A DNA stretch of 64,000 bases from Phyllosticta citribraziliensis (GCF_038025025.1 NW_027117353.1:1-64000), one strand, 5' to 3'; positions 46,749-59,224 are shown, numbered from the stretch's first letter. The notes: generated by a model not told the origin, from the letters alone. Program-made: numbers and translations.

Positions 46749-47723
46749 TTAGTCTTCCCAAATGGTCTCGAGGTCCAAATCGCCCCGTTTCTCAGCACCA
46801 CAGACGCTCCATCTCTTCCTCTTGTCGCGCGAGGCCATGGCAAATCCACCTGGCCTCGCCCGGGGTACATCTAAGCTGCTCCTCCGTAGACCCTCACGTC
46901 CGCCGTCTGCAGCTTTGGCAGCGGCCTCCAATTTGGCGACGCGGTCGGCCTCGATGGCAGCTTCTTCGGCATCGGGAGAATCCGGAATGGTTTCCAGACT
47001 CGAGATGCTGGGACTTCGCGAACGCATCGAGGTGGGCGTGGAGGGCATGGACGAAGACGAGTACGAGGAGCTCGGGTAGGTCATGTCCGAGGGGAAGCGC
47101 TCGTTGAACTTGGTGGCTGACAGTGTCGGCGAAGGATGGGCGGGCGTGGGTGGGCTGGAGACCGAGTACAGCGGGGAGGTGGGCCTGCGGCGCTGGCGAG
47201 AAAACGAGTTGCCCGAGTGCATGGTGTCGGCGGGTCTGTTCCTGTCCAGGGTACGCGAGGCTACGTGCAGCTCGCGGTCTTCGGAGATGATGCCAATGTC
47301 AGAGTTGTAGGAGGACAGGGCAGGCAGATAGGGCTCGTCCAGCTTGATAGGGGTGCGGAGACGGGCGGGCGAGCGCAGGGGACTCGAGGGACGAGGGTTC
47401 AAGTAGGCGGTGGGACTCATGGGCGTGGGCGAAGAGTAGGTGCGCGTCAGGGCCGGAGCACTGAGCGAGGTTGAGCGCAAGTGAGACCTCGAGTAGGGAG
47501 AGCGATTGCGATGTTGGGGCGAAAGATGCGGCGGCGGCTGGAGGAGTCTCGAAGGAACAGGATCCGTCAGTCGACGAGGCGTCTCTGGAGGGACGGGACG
47601 AGCGTCGTCGACACTGAGGCGGCGCAGGCTCTCGAGAGTTGACGAGGTGGAGTCGGCCATGGCTGGTTGGGGTTGGGGGTGGGCGAGGACAGGCTCATGT
47701 GGTTGTGAGCCGTCGGCGGCCAT
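46749..47723 (-). CDS. Ser/Pro/Arg-rich conserved fungal protein of unknown function
   Basis: ATG at 47723 (MAADGSQ). Conserved-looking C-terminal motifs RSRSPSISSLETIPDSPDAE and RDKRKRWSVCGAEKRGDLDLETIWED*. Confidence 0.85.
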   Translation of the reverse strand: MAADGSQPHEPVLAHPQPQPAMADSTSSTLESLRRLSVDDARPVPPETPRRLTDPVPSRLLQPPPHLSPQHRNRSPYSRSHLRSTSLSAPALTRTYSSPTPMSPTAYLNPRPSSPLRSPARLRTPIKLDEPYLPALSSYNSDIGIISEDRELHVASRTLDRNRPADTMHSGNSFSRQRRRPTSPLYSVSSPPTPAHPSPTLSATKFNERFPSDMTYPSSSYSSSSMPSTPTSMRSRSPSISSLETIPDSPDAEEAAIEADRVAKLEAAAKAADGGREGLRRSSLDVPRARPGGFAMASRDKRKRWSVCGAEKRGDLDLETIWED

Positions 47724-48270
47724 TGTTACGTGGTCGGCGCAAGTGAGGACTTGTGCATGACAAGGAGGAGGCGGCGGTGGTGGTGTTGACTTGTCGGGGA
47801 CCGGGAGCGAAGGGGTGAAGCAGGCGGCGAGAGACAACAGAGCAGGAGCGAGCGAGGGAAGCGGTGGACTTTGTACCTTTTTTTATTTTTGATGGTTAGG
47901 AGCAGAAGACGGGTTAGGTTGGGTTTGGGTTTTTGGCGGTGCCTGATGTCAGCAACGAGTAACAATGCTAATGTAGGTGCAGCTGAGCAGGGCAGCCTCC
48001 AGCCTCCAGCCTCTACATACATGTACCTAGCCCACCGGGCGCCCGCCCTCCACTCACTGCCGGCCGTGCCCTGCAGGTGGTCCCTGCATCCACCTGGACC
48101 TTGTCCTCCCTCTGTCCTCTGCTCTCCTCTCTCCACACCCACCACTCCACCGCAGTCTTCACCACGCCGTCAGACGACACACACCTACACGATCCCCGCG
48201 ACATTGTCAAGTCAAACCCACAACCATCTCGCTCTCCATTCTCCCCGTCTACCACTCAACTACGTGTACC

Positions 48271-50421
48271 CTACTGCAGCCCGCCTCCCCATTCCTCCCC
48301 CTCTCCCTCCCCCCGCGCCTTCACCCACCGACGATCATACTGGCTGATCCGGTTCAAAGGCCGTCTCGCGCTGCCGAAGCCGCCGCCCAAGTCTCGCGTC
48401 TTCATCTTGGCTGCTACAACATTGCCACAGTCGGGCACCGTCAAGTTCTGGCCAAACAAGTCGGCTAGCCAAATCAGCAGTCCGTTGCTCCACCCAAAGC
48501 CCTCTACCACTTCGTACTCGCCGCCACCCCCGACCGCGTTGATGCTGGCGTCCGAGTACTTTTCGAATATTATCCCGTTCGCCTTCGCATTCGCAACCCG
48601 CGCCCTGCTCTGCGTCGACCCGCCCGTAGCGAGCCACGTGCAAAATGTCGAAGCCACGAACCGCTGCCCTATCTCCAGCGCGTACGACTGGGCCCACTCG
48701 TACGCATCGTCGTTCGTGCCCAGCGCCGCCGGCACCGCCAGCAGGCCCTTGATGGCGACGTACTGCAAAGGCGCCCAGACGTTTGGCTCGTCCCACTGCT
48801 GTCCCGTGATCACGTTGCTTGCCGCGATGCCCCCTGGTTTCTGTTCCAAAAGCTGCGCCACGTGCGAGTAGGCACTTCGCACCGCGTACGGGTCGTCCTT
48901 GAGTTCGTGTGGAGCTGCTCCTGTCCAAAACGGGTACAGCTGCGCCGGCGAAAAGAAGAGCTGCTTGCCAGCCGGCGCATTGGCCTCGGTCGTCTCGAGC
49001 ACCGACGACGTGTTCTCGGCTGGCACAAAGACGTTCTGCTCCCCGGACGTCAAGTTGAAGTCAAAGTAGGACCAATGAGTGTAGTTCCACATGAGTTTGA
49101 ACATGGCCTCGCTGCGTTCGACTGCCCGCTTCTCCCATGCCGCCGCCTTTACGTCGTCGCCGGTCCTGTTGAAGAACTCGGCCAAAGTCTGTTCGTTGGC
49201 GTAGAGGATCGAATTGAGGTCTACGGGCACAATCTCCCGAGTATTGAGGCTTCTCAGGGGGAAATAGCTGTCCGTAACGGCGTCGTCCACGTTTGCAATC
49301 CACCTAGAAGAATAGTCCCATCCAGACTCGGCACCGCTAGCCAGGTTGGCGTACAGGGTGCGCCGGGTCTCATCTGACAGAGCCGGCCCCGGATGCTGAG
49401 TGCCGTCCTTGGCGTAATACGACGCATTGTTGGCCGTCTCGTAGTCCTCGACATAAGACTCGGGCCGAGGCTGCGTGTTGCTGACCGAATAGTGGTTGAG
49501 CTTGTAAGTCGTGCCGTCCTGGGGGTCGACGACGTCGACGGAGCGGTTGTTTTTCCAAAAATCATACTCCTTGACCAAAATGGGCAAGGCGCGCTTGAGG
49601 ATTGTTGCGTTTCCCGTGTAATCGACATAGATCTTGACCATTTGCGTCAACAGGGGCGGCTGCGACCTGTTGAGGTAGTAGACGCGAGCGCCGTTCGGCA
49701 CGAACCCAAATTCCTCAACCAGGTCGAGAAAGTTTTCAATGATGTTCTCCGCCACCTGAGTGAAGGAGCCCCGCGTCCGCAGCAGGCCCTCGATGATCCA
49801 AAACGAGTCCCAGTAGTAGGCCTCGCGGAACCGGCCTCCGGCTACGACAAACGTGCGGTTTATGGGGATGAAGGAACTCACGCAACCATCGCACGCCGAC
49901 CCTGCACCCACGTAACTGCGCGTCAGGTCCGGCCATATGTCAATTACCTTTTTCACAAACTCGCGGATTTCGGGCTCGCGGACCGAGTCGAGAAACGCGG
50001 GCTCCGTCGTGAGTTGCGCCGGAGGCACCACAGCGATTTCTCCTCCGGCGGGACCAAAGTTCTTGTCGAGAAAATTGCGCAAGGCGGAATCGTTCTTGAC
50101 CGGTTTGGGCAGCTGGTCGAAGGCGGCTATGACGTCGTCCAGAGGCCGAATCGTGGGTCTGACGCGGGCGTGTCAGAAGCACTGAACCAAGGGAAGAAAA
50201 CTGAGAGACCCGACTAGAGCGGAGGGAGAGGCATACTGGTCAACAAACGTCTTGGAATCATCGTATGGTTTGGCGAGCTGAATGGCCTTGAGAATCTCGC
50301 CTTGGCAATAGAGCGGGGAATCGCAAGGCGTGGTTTCGACGCCATTGTCGAAGACGGCAGAGACGCGTGATAAACAGAGGAAAAATATGGTGGCAGTCCG
50401 GAGCAAGCTGCAAGGCGCCAT
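48271..50421 (-). CDS. Secreted alpha,alpha-trehalase, glycoside hydrolase family 37, 2 exons
   Basis: Signal peptide and CDSPLYCQG…DSKTFVD, intron ~50159-50236, then GGRFREAYYWDS, NRSQPPLL, ASGAESGWDYSSRW, PVDLNSIL, QQWDEPNVWAP, EKY…GGGGEY…GFGWSNG. Confidence 0.95.
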
Positions 50422-52350
50422 GACGTTCGGAATGGTAGTAATAAAATTATGGATGGACGCGCAGAACCATGGGACTACGCAGCATCAAAGACGTTGTCCC
50501 CGCCGCCGGTAAGCGGCTGTGGGTATGCAAGGGATAATATCCAACCAAGGCCGTGTGCGGAGAAGACGAGAGAGACTAAAATACTGAGTGAGCAGCGGAC
50601 GCCACGGGCAAATCAGACGCCCTCGTCATGCACCGGGAGAATGTTGCGAACCAACAGCCATGATGCCACCGTGCATGGTGTTGAAAAGAAAGCACGAGAA
50701 ACCTTGTCACAAAGCCTCTCCCGCCGAGCGGGAAGCAGCGGCAGCCGCCCTTGCCTACCCAACTTGTCTGTATAGGCAATTGGTTTTGCGGGGCTGATCC
50801 GAAAACGAAGGACTTCGGTTTGGTTGGATTCTGGTGTCCTTGTCAGGCAGGTACCACCTGCGGGGTTCTGTTCGACTCTGCTCATGTCAAATGCAACGCC
50901 ACATTGGAGCCGCTTACACCATGTGCGACTTGAAGCTGACTACATGTCTACCTTGGCTTTCCTCCGCACCCGTCGGTCTATCTTGTCCCTATTCAAGAAC
51001 TATTACGAATTAAACTTTCGGTTAATTTTCTTGATCCGACTATTCTTAGCTATTCGCATGTTCCCCTTGGTTATTTACAACGTAACTATTCCTCCATCTG
51101 GCTCATGTGAAGTCAGTAGCTTTGCGGTTCATCCAGATTGTAGTGGCGGACGTCTATGACTGACTGAAGAGGTGAGGAGTTGACAGCATTTAGACTGTTC
51201 GCTCGGGCTGTTCCTACACCGAAGCAAAGTATCGCAATTACCAAGATTTTCATCAACAAACGTCGAGGCTGACCATGCAAGATCGGAGCGTCCAAGGTGT
51301 CGCGACTCAACCTACGGACGGGAGAGTAACCAATGTGTGCTGTCGACTAAGGTTTCCGCCTTTTCCACCATGCTGGCAACCTGTGCGGGCATCTTCTATT
51401 CCACGCCGTGGGCCTCTGTTATTTGAGAATTTTGACCAGTAAAGAGTTCGTCTGTCAAATTCTGAGCAGCAATCTCATCAGCTAGCAAACATGGCCATCC
51501 GGACAGGAACAGTGCGCGTTCGAAGCTGCGAAATGTCCGCCGAACAATCCAAAAGAACCCCGGGCATGTCGTCAGATAGTCAAAGCGCGTTTGCAGCAGC
51601 GCTCTGGAAGCTCATCCTTGAACAGCACATGGCGGCGAGCGCGGGCGGGGACGGCGGCCAGGGGCGCAGGATGATTTATGGCGTGACTTGATAGTAATCA
51701 TTGTGGTGGGCGCCAGTGTTGTAAGAAACCGGCATCCGCAAGGTCAAAAGCAAGCTATCGAGCGTACTGTCTTTATACTCTAGAAGGTTTCTTTTTTTTT
51801 TTTTTTTTTCCCCGGACACATAAGGGAGAAGACGGATGATGATTCATCAGAATTCCTAGCGTTCTTCTGGAAAGTATTGCAGGATATCGACTTGCATTGT
51901 CCAGAAATCTCAAGGTAGGATTGATGCCTGCTAAGACATGCTTTGTTGCGGGCAGCTACTTGCGTCCATGTGTTGACCCTGCGACCAATCACCTTCTGGC
52001 ATGCATCTTGAGCTGTCGTTCACCTCACGTCGTCCTTCGTTTGCTGGTGGCTCATCTCCGCGTCCAATGGAACAATCGAATTGCAACGTCCTTAGGGCCA
52101 GTTGCTCCAGGGACAACCACAAGAATTGTCTGGCAACGGGGCTTCCACAAAGTAATTCAGGACAGCTGGGCGCGCTCGACCGCCGCATGCTCCCACGGTC
52201 AACCCATGTCCTCGAAAAACACATACACAAATAATATACTGTACTCATTTTGATGCAGCTACTCACATATACATATTTCATAGGAAAGGATCCCAAAGGC
52301 TCGCTGAATGAGTGCCTGGAGCCAACGGATTCGCAAAGCTAGAAGCCGTC

Positions 52351-53507
52351 CTAGACCTCTTGCCTGACCTGCAGCTTCTCGCGGGAATCAACACCCAGCC
52401 AAAGAAGGTCAGGACGGCTGTAGTGCCCGTGAACGTCAAGCAAAGCCTTGAAATTCATGATTTCGGACATGTTGCAATCAGCGATGACCAGGCCTTCCTC
52501 CTGTTCGCCAAGGTCCTCGGTCAACTTGCGGCCATCTGGCCCAATGACGCAGGAGTGGCCGCCGCCGCCGGTGCGGTAGATGGGGTTCTCGTCGCCCATC
52601 TTCATGAGATCAAGGCCCTCCTTGGTGTAGAAGGTTGAAGCAAGGACCACGAAGGTGTTTCCCTCGATGGCGTGAGTGGTGGAGAGAGTTTGGGCGCCTG
52701 GGACATCAGTGGAGTTCAGGTGCACGAGGATGGGAAGGTTGTGTGCATACCCTCGCGGCACATGGCAAAACTGATGGTGCCTTCAGGGTAAGACTTGTGA
52801 GAGCTCATGGGCGGCCAGGCGGCCACGTGGATCTCCTCGCCTTGGGAGTAGGTGTGGTAGCGCAGCAGTGGCTGAGAATGCTCCCAGCAAGAAAGAGCGC
52901 CAATACGACCTGTGCACAGAATTAGCCCAATGTCGAGGTACCGTTTTGACGGATTTCTAGTGTTGCTCACCGACACCGGGCTCATCAGCAACATTGAGCA
53001 GCGACGCGCCGCTGCCATCACCGTAAATCGTGCGTTCAGCGTGCGTGGGCTTGATCTTGCGCCTGTGCATCTTGATCTTGCCATCTTTGCCAATAAGAGA
53101 CTGAGAAATGTACAACGAGTGCTTGTCGTTTTCCGAGTAACCCAGGCAGACGGCGACCTTGTTCTTGGCCGCAGCAGCACAGATCTTGTCCATTTCGGGA
53201 GACTCGCGACGGAGCGAGTTCTTCATGTAGAGCTGCACCATCTCAGTGTCGAGCGGACGCTGCCTATCCGGCGGAATTTGGTTCCATCAAAACAAAGTCA
53301 TTCTGCGCATTGGGGGAGATGCGGCACTCACCAGATCCAGGCAGGGTACTGCGGTATCCATACCTCGGGGAAAGCGATCAGGTCGCATCCTTTGGCGCCG
53401 GCCTCTTCAATCAGGCGAATGGTTTTGGCCACTCCGCCCTGCAAGTCGAAGTAGCAGGGCTCTGCCTGGACGGCAGCCACACGAACATGGCTCTTTTGTT
53501 CAGTCAT
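52351..53507 (-). CDS. Nitrilase (branch 1 carbon-nitrogen hydrolase; aliphatic/arylacetonitrilase-like), 4 exons
   Basis: [15 protein letters not shown] (catalytic Glu), [11 protein letters not shown] (Lys), LSCWEH (Cys), C-terminal [11 protein letters not shown]. Confidence 0.95.
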
Positions 53508-54012
53508 TGTCGATGTTTTTGGTTTTTTTTGCGCGCCCATCTCTGGCAGCTCAACGCCCTTTAAATATGTCGTCTTATCATGCATCTTGAGGATCCTTCT
53601 GCGCCAAGCTGGTCACAGCAGATAAGAAGGTGGGGTTTGGGCGCATATAAACCTACTTGTTATTCAATCTTCAAGACTAGTGTGGACATCCTTTTCGAAC
53701 TTGCTTCTCTACACAACACTTGAAAATCCACGATACGCAGGCTCTTTCTTTGACTAAGCCATGTATTCCACAATGTCTTGAAGTCTCTCGAAGTTCTCAG
53801 AATTCAAACTTTGTTAGTACACTTGATTTGGTCGGCAACTTCGGCATGTTCGGCATTTTTGACATCACGTTACCCATTCCCGTTAGTGAACTCAATCGAT
53901 CGCCGTGCAATTGGCCTGATGATTACCAAGCATCGTGTAGACGCGTATGCTATTTATGCGGGTTGCCAGGTGCTTCTTGAGATGGCACAGAATTTGCTGT
54001 CAACAGATTACC
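53508..54012. promoter_or_regulatory. Shared divergent promoter of the nitrilase and Rid genes, with two GATAAG sites and a triple CGG direct repeat
   Basis: CTTATC 53574-53579, GATAAG 53621-53626, and TCGGCA at 53832, 53841 and 53850. Function is inferred only. Confidence 0.45.
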
Positions 54013-54503
54013 ATGGCCCACTTGAAAACTTACGCGTACGAGGGCCGCGGTGAAACGTCCCGGGTGCAGTATTGGTATAGCCAAGCGGTCCGCGTGGGTG
54101 ACCGCATCGAGTGCGCCGGGCAGGGTACGTCGACTCCCTGAACAACTCTGCCGCACAGAATGGAGAACTTATTGAATCAGGCGGATGGGATCCCAAGAGC
54201 GGAGTGATCCATGCCGATCGAGACGACCAGATCGACCAAGCCTTTGCCAATGTCGAGCTGGCTCTCAAGACAGCCGGAGGAAAAGGATGGTCGCAAGTAT
54301 TCCGGGTCAACTCGTATCACGTTCCTATGAGCGAAGACGCCTTGGAGGCGATGGTCCGGAACTTCAAAAAGTACATGCCCAATCACCAACCCATTTGGAC
54401 ATGCATCGGCGTCCCAAAACTTGGTGACCCGGATATGAAAGTGGAAATCGAGGTCGTAGCTCACGATGAGGAGGGTGCGAAGGCGGCCAAGGCAGGGAAC
54501 TAA
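54013..54503 (+). CDS. Rid (YjgF/YER057c/UK114) family protein lacking the catalytic Arg, 2 exons
   Basis: YSQAVRVGDRIECAGQ|GGWD…DQAFANV…PIWTCIGV…MKVEIEVVA. Intron 54125-54180. Confidence 0.92.
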
Positions 54504-54575
54504 AGGCATGGACCGAGGAAAAGTCGAAGATCGAAAATGATGGGAAAAGTTGTTATTTGCTGTTCATGCCTCTTT

Positions 54576-56177
54576 TCATGAATCCACAATCATCATGGTA
54601 TCATCGCCTCCGTTGCCAGCTTCCGGTTCAATAATTGTACCACGGCCTCTACCCGCAAGCAATTCCTTCCGAATCTCCGGTCCTATTGCCCTGTGACCCT
54701 TGACAAGGAGGAGGTCGAGCAACGCTTCTCTCTGGTCTTCGGTAATGTCGTTGCGATAGCGTTGCGCGAACGCGAGTAGGCATTGGTGCCACAGAACGGG
54801 CAATTGTCCATCCTTTGCCCTCGAGTCACCGACGTCCATCATGTCATCGTCTGCAGAAATATTTGCAGCCCGGAAGCGGAGGAAGTGGAAGACCAGGGAG
54901 TCGACGACCTTGTACGGCAATGCGTATTTCTTTTCCAAAAGTACGCGGATGAAGATGTTCGTGGCACCGCCGGCCGCAGTGTCTACCGACATTTGTTCCG
55001 CGGCGATTTCGCAGAGTCGATGGAGAGCCGCAGCCGAGTGCAAGACAGGTATCGATACCCGAGCAAGCACACTGGCTACAATGTGGGCCTCTCTCAATGT
55101 ACAGTCGCCGTCCCCAACAAGCGGGAAGAGGATCCCTTTGAAGAATGTGGCGGGCTTGTAAAGAGCCTTCTTCAAGGCTTTGTAGAGGTGCACATTGAGC
55201 CGTTTCTGTGCCGAGTCCTGAATGTCTGAACGAACGCGCTCGAGGAGTATGGTGTTGAGGTAGGTTTGAACGGTTTGCGGGTTCGAGGAGACAAATAGTT
55301 TTGTGGCTTCGTAGCAGACGTGCGGCGTCCACGAATCGGGGCGTGTGATAGCGATCAATGTCTCCCATTCTGGTAGTGTTGGGAGAATCTTGAATGGCTT
55401 GGGCAGCTTGCCCGATTTCCACCGGGACAGGATGAGACCAACCCTATTCACATGTTAGGAACGAGTCCCGAATTGATGCTGCAGCGATCTTGACTCACTG
55501 AGAATAGACCTCCACGACCTTGGCAGGCAACTCGACTGCATCTTCGGGCAGGCCTCCACCCAGGATCTCCGGTCCACTTGCATTTCCATTTCCTGCTGCT
55601 TGCGCCTCTTGTTGTGCAATCTTTTCTAGAATCAATTCCGCAAGATTTGTTCCTTGACCAGAGTCATCGCCACTTCCTCCGCTACGGAAGAGCTCAGAGG
55701 GGTCGGAAACAGGGTTGAACTTGTTGAACAGGTCGAGATCCTCGGGGTCGATTTCATCCTGTGCACATAGTCAGCACAGACAACTCCAAGCAAAATACCT
55801 TGGTGTTGACCAACTTCTTCAATCACCAGTTCTTCTTCTTCGTCGCCCCATGCATCGTCATCGTCTCCGTACTGCACCTCGTCTTCCTCCGACTCGGCGC
55901 CTCCATCTAACCTGGTCTCGAATGCGAAGGCCGGGTTGGGAGCTTGGGGTCTTTGAGCGCTAAGCTCCGCCTCTTCTTCATTGGCCAAGTCCTGGCCGAT
56001 TTGTAGGATTTTTCGCGAAGCCTTGGAGTCGACAAAGCCTTCGGCGTCGGCGCTGTTCCGTTTTGACTTCTTCTTGGGAGCCTTTTGCTTGAGCGGGTTC
56101 GATGGGGCGTAGTCGTCCGCGAGTGGATTGTGTCGCCTGGCCTGGCGCACATCTGCAGCCGTCGTTGCTTTGGGCAT
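54576..56177 (-). CDS. ENP1: Bystin / 40S biogenesis factor Enp1, 3 exons
   Basis: RRHNPL, SKASRKIL, SGKLPKPFKILP, LKKALYKPATFFKG, LEKKYALPY, LPVLWHQCLL, IGPEIRKEL. Confidence 0.96.
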
Positions 56178-56392
56178 GGTCGCTGGGAAGATCTGAGTTG
56201 CGCGTGGTTGATGTTGTTGGCTTGTGGGGAGTGAAATTTACTGCGCGCTTTCCTTATCGATTGGCTCGCGACAAACTCACCCTCACCGCCCTCGGCAGAG
56301 TCATGAACCCTGTCCGACTCGAGCTTCCGTTGTGAGCTCGCGTCTCTTCCTCGTCGTCGCCGCGTCGCAATCCCATTCGAAACGCGTTTCCC

Positions 56393-58097
56393 ATGGCAGA
56401 CAATCAACCCTCTTCGCGGGGAACCACTCCCGCAGCTCCTGCTGGCATCAAGCGTCCGCATGAAGAGGACCATGTACCTGTCTTCCCGTCGCCGCTCAAC
56501 CCGGACTCGGCGGCGCGTCCGCGTACTGCTCCGCGACCTCCACCAAGAGAGCAGCGAGAGAAGAGGGAGACTTTGAAGAAGCGCGAGGCTACTGGAAGCT
56601 CCAGGTCCAACACGCCCGACGTAAAGACCAAGGCCAAAGCCTCCTCAGTATTGGCTCCTCTCAACTACGCCGTCGACACTCTGCGCCCTTCGGATTTTGA
56701 AGCGCCCAAGGATCCCACATTCATATCTCACGAGCCACCTTTATTCACCCCAGACGGCGCAAGGGAGCTCAAAAGGCCATTGGATCAGTACTGATGCCAA
56801 ATAATCAAATCTCTTAATTAGCAGCTAACAATTATGTAGTGCCTCAAATCGAAGACAATTTCGATACTACCCTTGCGTCGCGGATCCGCTCTTTCGGCAC
56901 AAGCACTACTACCGCCAGTCAGACGTGAAACCATTCGAACCTCGATTAAGCTTCGAAGATAGCGACAAATGGATTCATTTTGACGATACCGCGACTGTTT
57001 TCACCAACGAGCGGGGCTGGCGCATGAGCAGAGGCAATGTCGTTGCCCGAGAGGGTAGGCATTACTTTGAAGTCCAAATAATAAGCGGTGTACCCAAGGA
57101 AGGGCCCCCAGTGCCAAAGGGCCAGGAAGAGAATCCGCAACCACACATCCGCGTGGGCTGGGCACGGCGTGAGGCACCATTGGACGCACCCGTGGGATTC
57201 GACGGCTACAGCTACGGCATCAAAGACATCAACCTTGAGTCTATGCACAAATCCCGTCCCAGTAAACTTTACAATCACAACTCAAAGAGCGCTAAGAAGG
57301 GGAAACCTGCCACCAGCGTTGTTGAAGATGACCACCTTCGGGAAGGCGATGTATTAGGACTTGAGATCAAGCTCCCCTCGATAAACCTCCACAGACGAGT
57401 AGTTGAAGGCATCTACAATCCAGCGGTGGATACGACTGACGGGTTCGGGGAACCAGTGGAAAGCGCTCACGACATAATACGCGACAGAATCGCCGTTCCT
57501 TTCAAGGGAAACAACTGGTTCGAGGTAAACGAGTATCAACCCACGAAACCCATGGAGACGTATGCCGACCGCGGAGCTCTGAACGTTGTCCCTCCAAACC
57601 CCAACCACTCCGAGGCTGCTTTGCGATCGCTGCCACACTCGTCAATAAGGGTATTCAAGAACGGGAAGCTTGTCGGCACAGCCTTTGAAGGATTAATGTC
57701 TTTCCTGCCGCCAGCATCTTCGCCCGTGGCTTCATCCAACCCACTAGTCAGAGCGGGACTCGACGATGGTATGGTCGGCTACTTCCCAGCCGTGGCTGCA
57801 TTCTGTGGTGGCGTCGCCCAAGTCAACTTTGGTCCCAATTTCTGGTACCCTCCAGCCGACCTGGACACGCAAGACTCGGGGGACAAGGAGGACCAGGAGC
57901 CCAATGGCAGGAAGCTGTGCGCGCTGGGGTTGCGCTACAAGGAGCAGATTGCGGAGGATGTTTTGTGGGATATCATTGACGAGGTTGGGTTCTACGTGGC
58001 TCGGCCTGGAGACGACCCGAGTGATGGTCGAAATGGAGGCATGGCACCTCCAACGGCCCGTGGTATCGCAAGCCTGAAGGAAGACGAGGGATTCTAG
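56393..58097 (+). CDS. BRE2: COMPASS (Set1C) SPRY-domain subunit Bre2/Ash2 (CclA), 2 exons
   Basis: Intron 56788-56839. GWRMSRGNVVAREG, HIRVGWARREAPLDAPVGFDGYSYG, YFPAV…NFGP, RYKEQIAEDVLWDIIDEV. Confidence 0.93.
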
Positions 58098-58385
58098 AAG
58101 CGATTATCCTAGTTGGAGTTAGTGACAGCTGACTGCTGACGCTGCTTAGATTGGTGCTCGTTCTGATTGGCGGAGCAAGCAGTTGCGGGAAGAGCTAAGG
58201 AGCTGAAGCGGGGCAGCTGACGGCGCTGTGGTTGGGCCCATGCTTCGAAATAAAAAGAGCAACAAACCCGAACCTCCTCAGCCTGACTTGTTATCATCTC
58301 TGTCAAGACTTGCGCAGTCCAAAGGAAAGAAGCTCAGATTCAAACACGACCAATCTCGCCGCCTCAGAGCACCAAAGCAGCAACC

Positions 58386-58551
58386 ATGCAGACCACCATC
58401 CACCTCGTCAACTCTCACGACTCGGCGTGCCCCAAGTGCGGAGCCTCGATCAGCGGCGGCGCCAAAACCTGCGGCTCCTGCGGTGCTGTGCGTGCCAAAG
58501 ACTTTCTCGATTTGACATTTGCTCACACCAATCTAGACTTGCCCTGTCTAA
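58386..58551 (+). CDS. 38-aa Cys-rich zinc-ribbon-like microprotein, 2 exons
   Basis: caaccATG context; exon 1 58386-58487, intron 58488-58536 (GTGCGT…GCTCAC…TAG), exon 2 58537-58551. Product MQTTIHLVNSHDSACPKCGASISGGAKTCGSCGATCPV. Confidence 0.75.
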
Positions 58552-59224
58552 AGGATAAAATAACCCGCACCTCTGACACACGAGGCTTACGACTGAACGA
58601 CAAGGGACTTTTACGGCGGAACTTTTGCTTGGGGGAGTGGAGCACATATACCCTTTCGAAACTCAAATGTTGTGGATTAGAAGCGGCGGACGGAATGGTG
58701 GTGATAATTCAAGAGGTCTCTAAGCAACGCGGAAACAGACGTGAAAAGTGAAAAGGTCTCGAGTGCTGAAGACGAATATATGGTCAGACCATGTCAAACC
58801 ACATACTGGAGTTCCGCGGTTCGTCAGCATCCAAGCCAAGTACCTGCCTACTTTGGTTGCGTGTTTGCCCATAAATACAGCGGGCCCGGTCCGTGCCCCG
58901 CTGCTCACCGCCCAAGACCCTGGTCAATTCCAAAGGCCAGCTGGCGAGGAAGGTGACAGCGAGCATCTGAATATGGCGTAACAACTCCCTCAAGTCGACT
59001 GCACTTTGTCAGATCTTTTCATGTCATGGGCAAACATTCCCTCTCTTATCACGGACTCTCCCGTCGCACGCCCTACGCCCTATAGTTGAATGTCGTGATG
59101 CTGAGCGGAATTTGTCCGCTAACCTGCCGCTTGTCGGAGAAGCCTTGAATCAATAAATTCATCACCTTCTCGCAAACATTCTCAACACCAAGCCCTCTTT
59201 CACCCATCACATCGCCTCGTCGCC

